NCBI RefSeq assembly: GCF_001194135.2
Contig: NC_068981.1
Coordinates: forward strand, 196,598,183 to 196,631,983
Length of the DNA stretch: 33,801 nucleotides
Source: Octopus bimaculoides
Lineage: Eukaryota
Reading direction: 5' to 3'
The translations under genes and the position numbers were made by a program. A model generated the notes under the pieces. That model saw only the letters and a list, made by a program, of their open reading frames with translations. It made no database searches and was not told the DNA's origin. This document shows, piece after piece, positions 33,764-33,801 of the stretch. Numbering within the stretch: position 1 is the stretch's first letter; each line of letters starts with the position of its first letter.

Positions 33764-33801
33764 TTCACACACACACACACGTATATATATATATATATAT
33801 A

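Overview
Eukaryotic, non-coding, repeat-dense window from a gapped short-read assembly (about 5.5 kb of N, nearly every gap bordered by a microsatellite). The SINE sequences and extreme microsatellite load point to an octopus genome, probably Octopus bimaculoides or a relative; this is inferred from recalled repeat families, not from a search. No host protein-coding exon can be supported, and the long ORFs in the track are translations of microsatellites or N-runs. Recognisable content: (i) several tRNA-derived SINE families; (ii) an irritans-type mariner transposase fossil with an internal duplication and an in-frame (TAACCC)3 telomeric insertion; (iii) a second Tc1/mariner fossil; (iv) an R4/Dong-like LINE 3' end, an RTE-like RT fossil and a hAT-Charlie-like left end; (v) a Penelope-like GIY-YIG endonuclease fragment; (vi) three remnants of minimal type I hammerhead ribozymes from two repeat families. 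One of those families appears to join a Pol III B-box to a hammerhead tail and shows repeated fold-back or inversion junctions. That hammerhead-bearing, possibly Penelope-mobilised SINE-like element is the best candidate for an undescribed system here. A motif-rich promoter-like island lies at about 13.46-13.85 kb.
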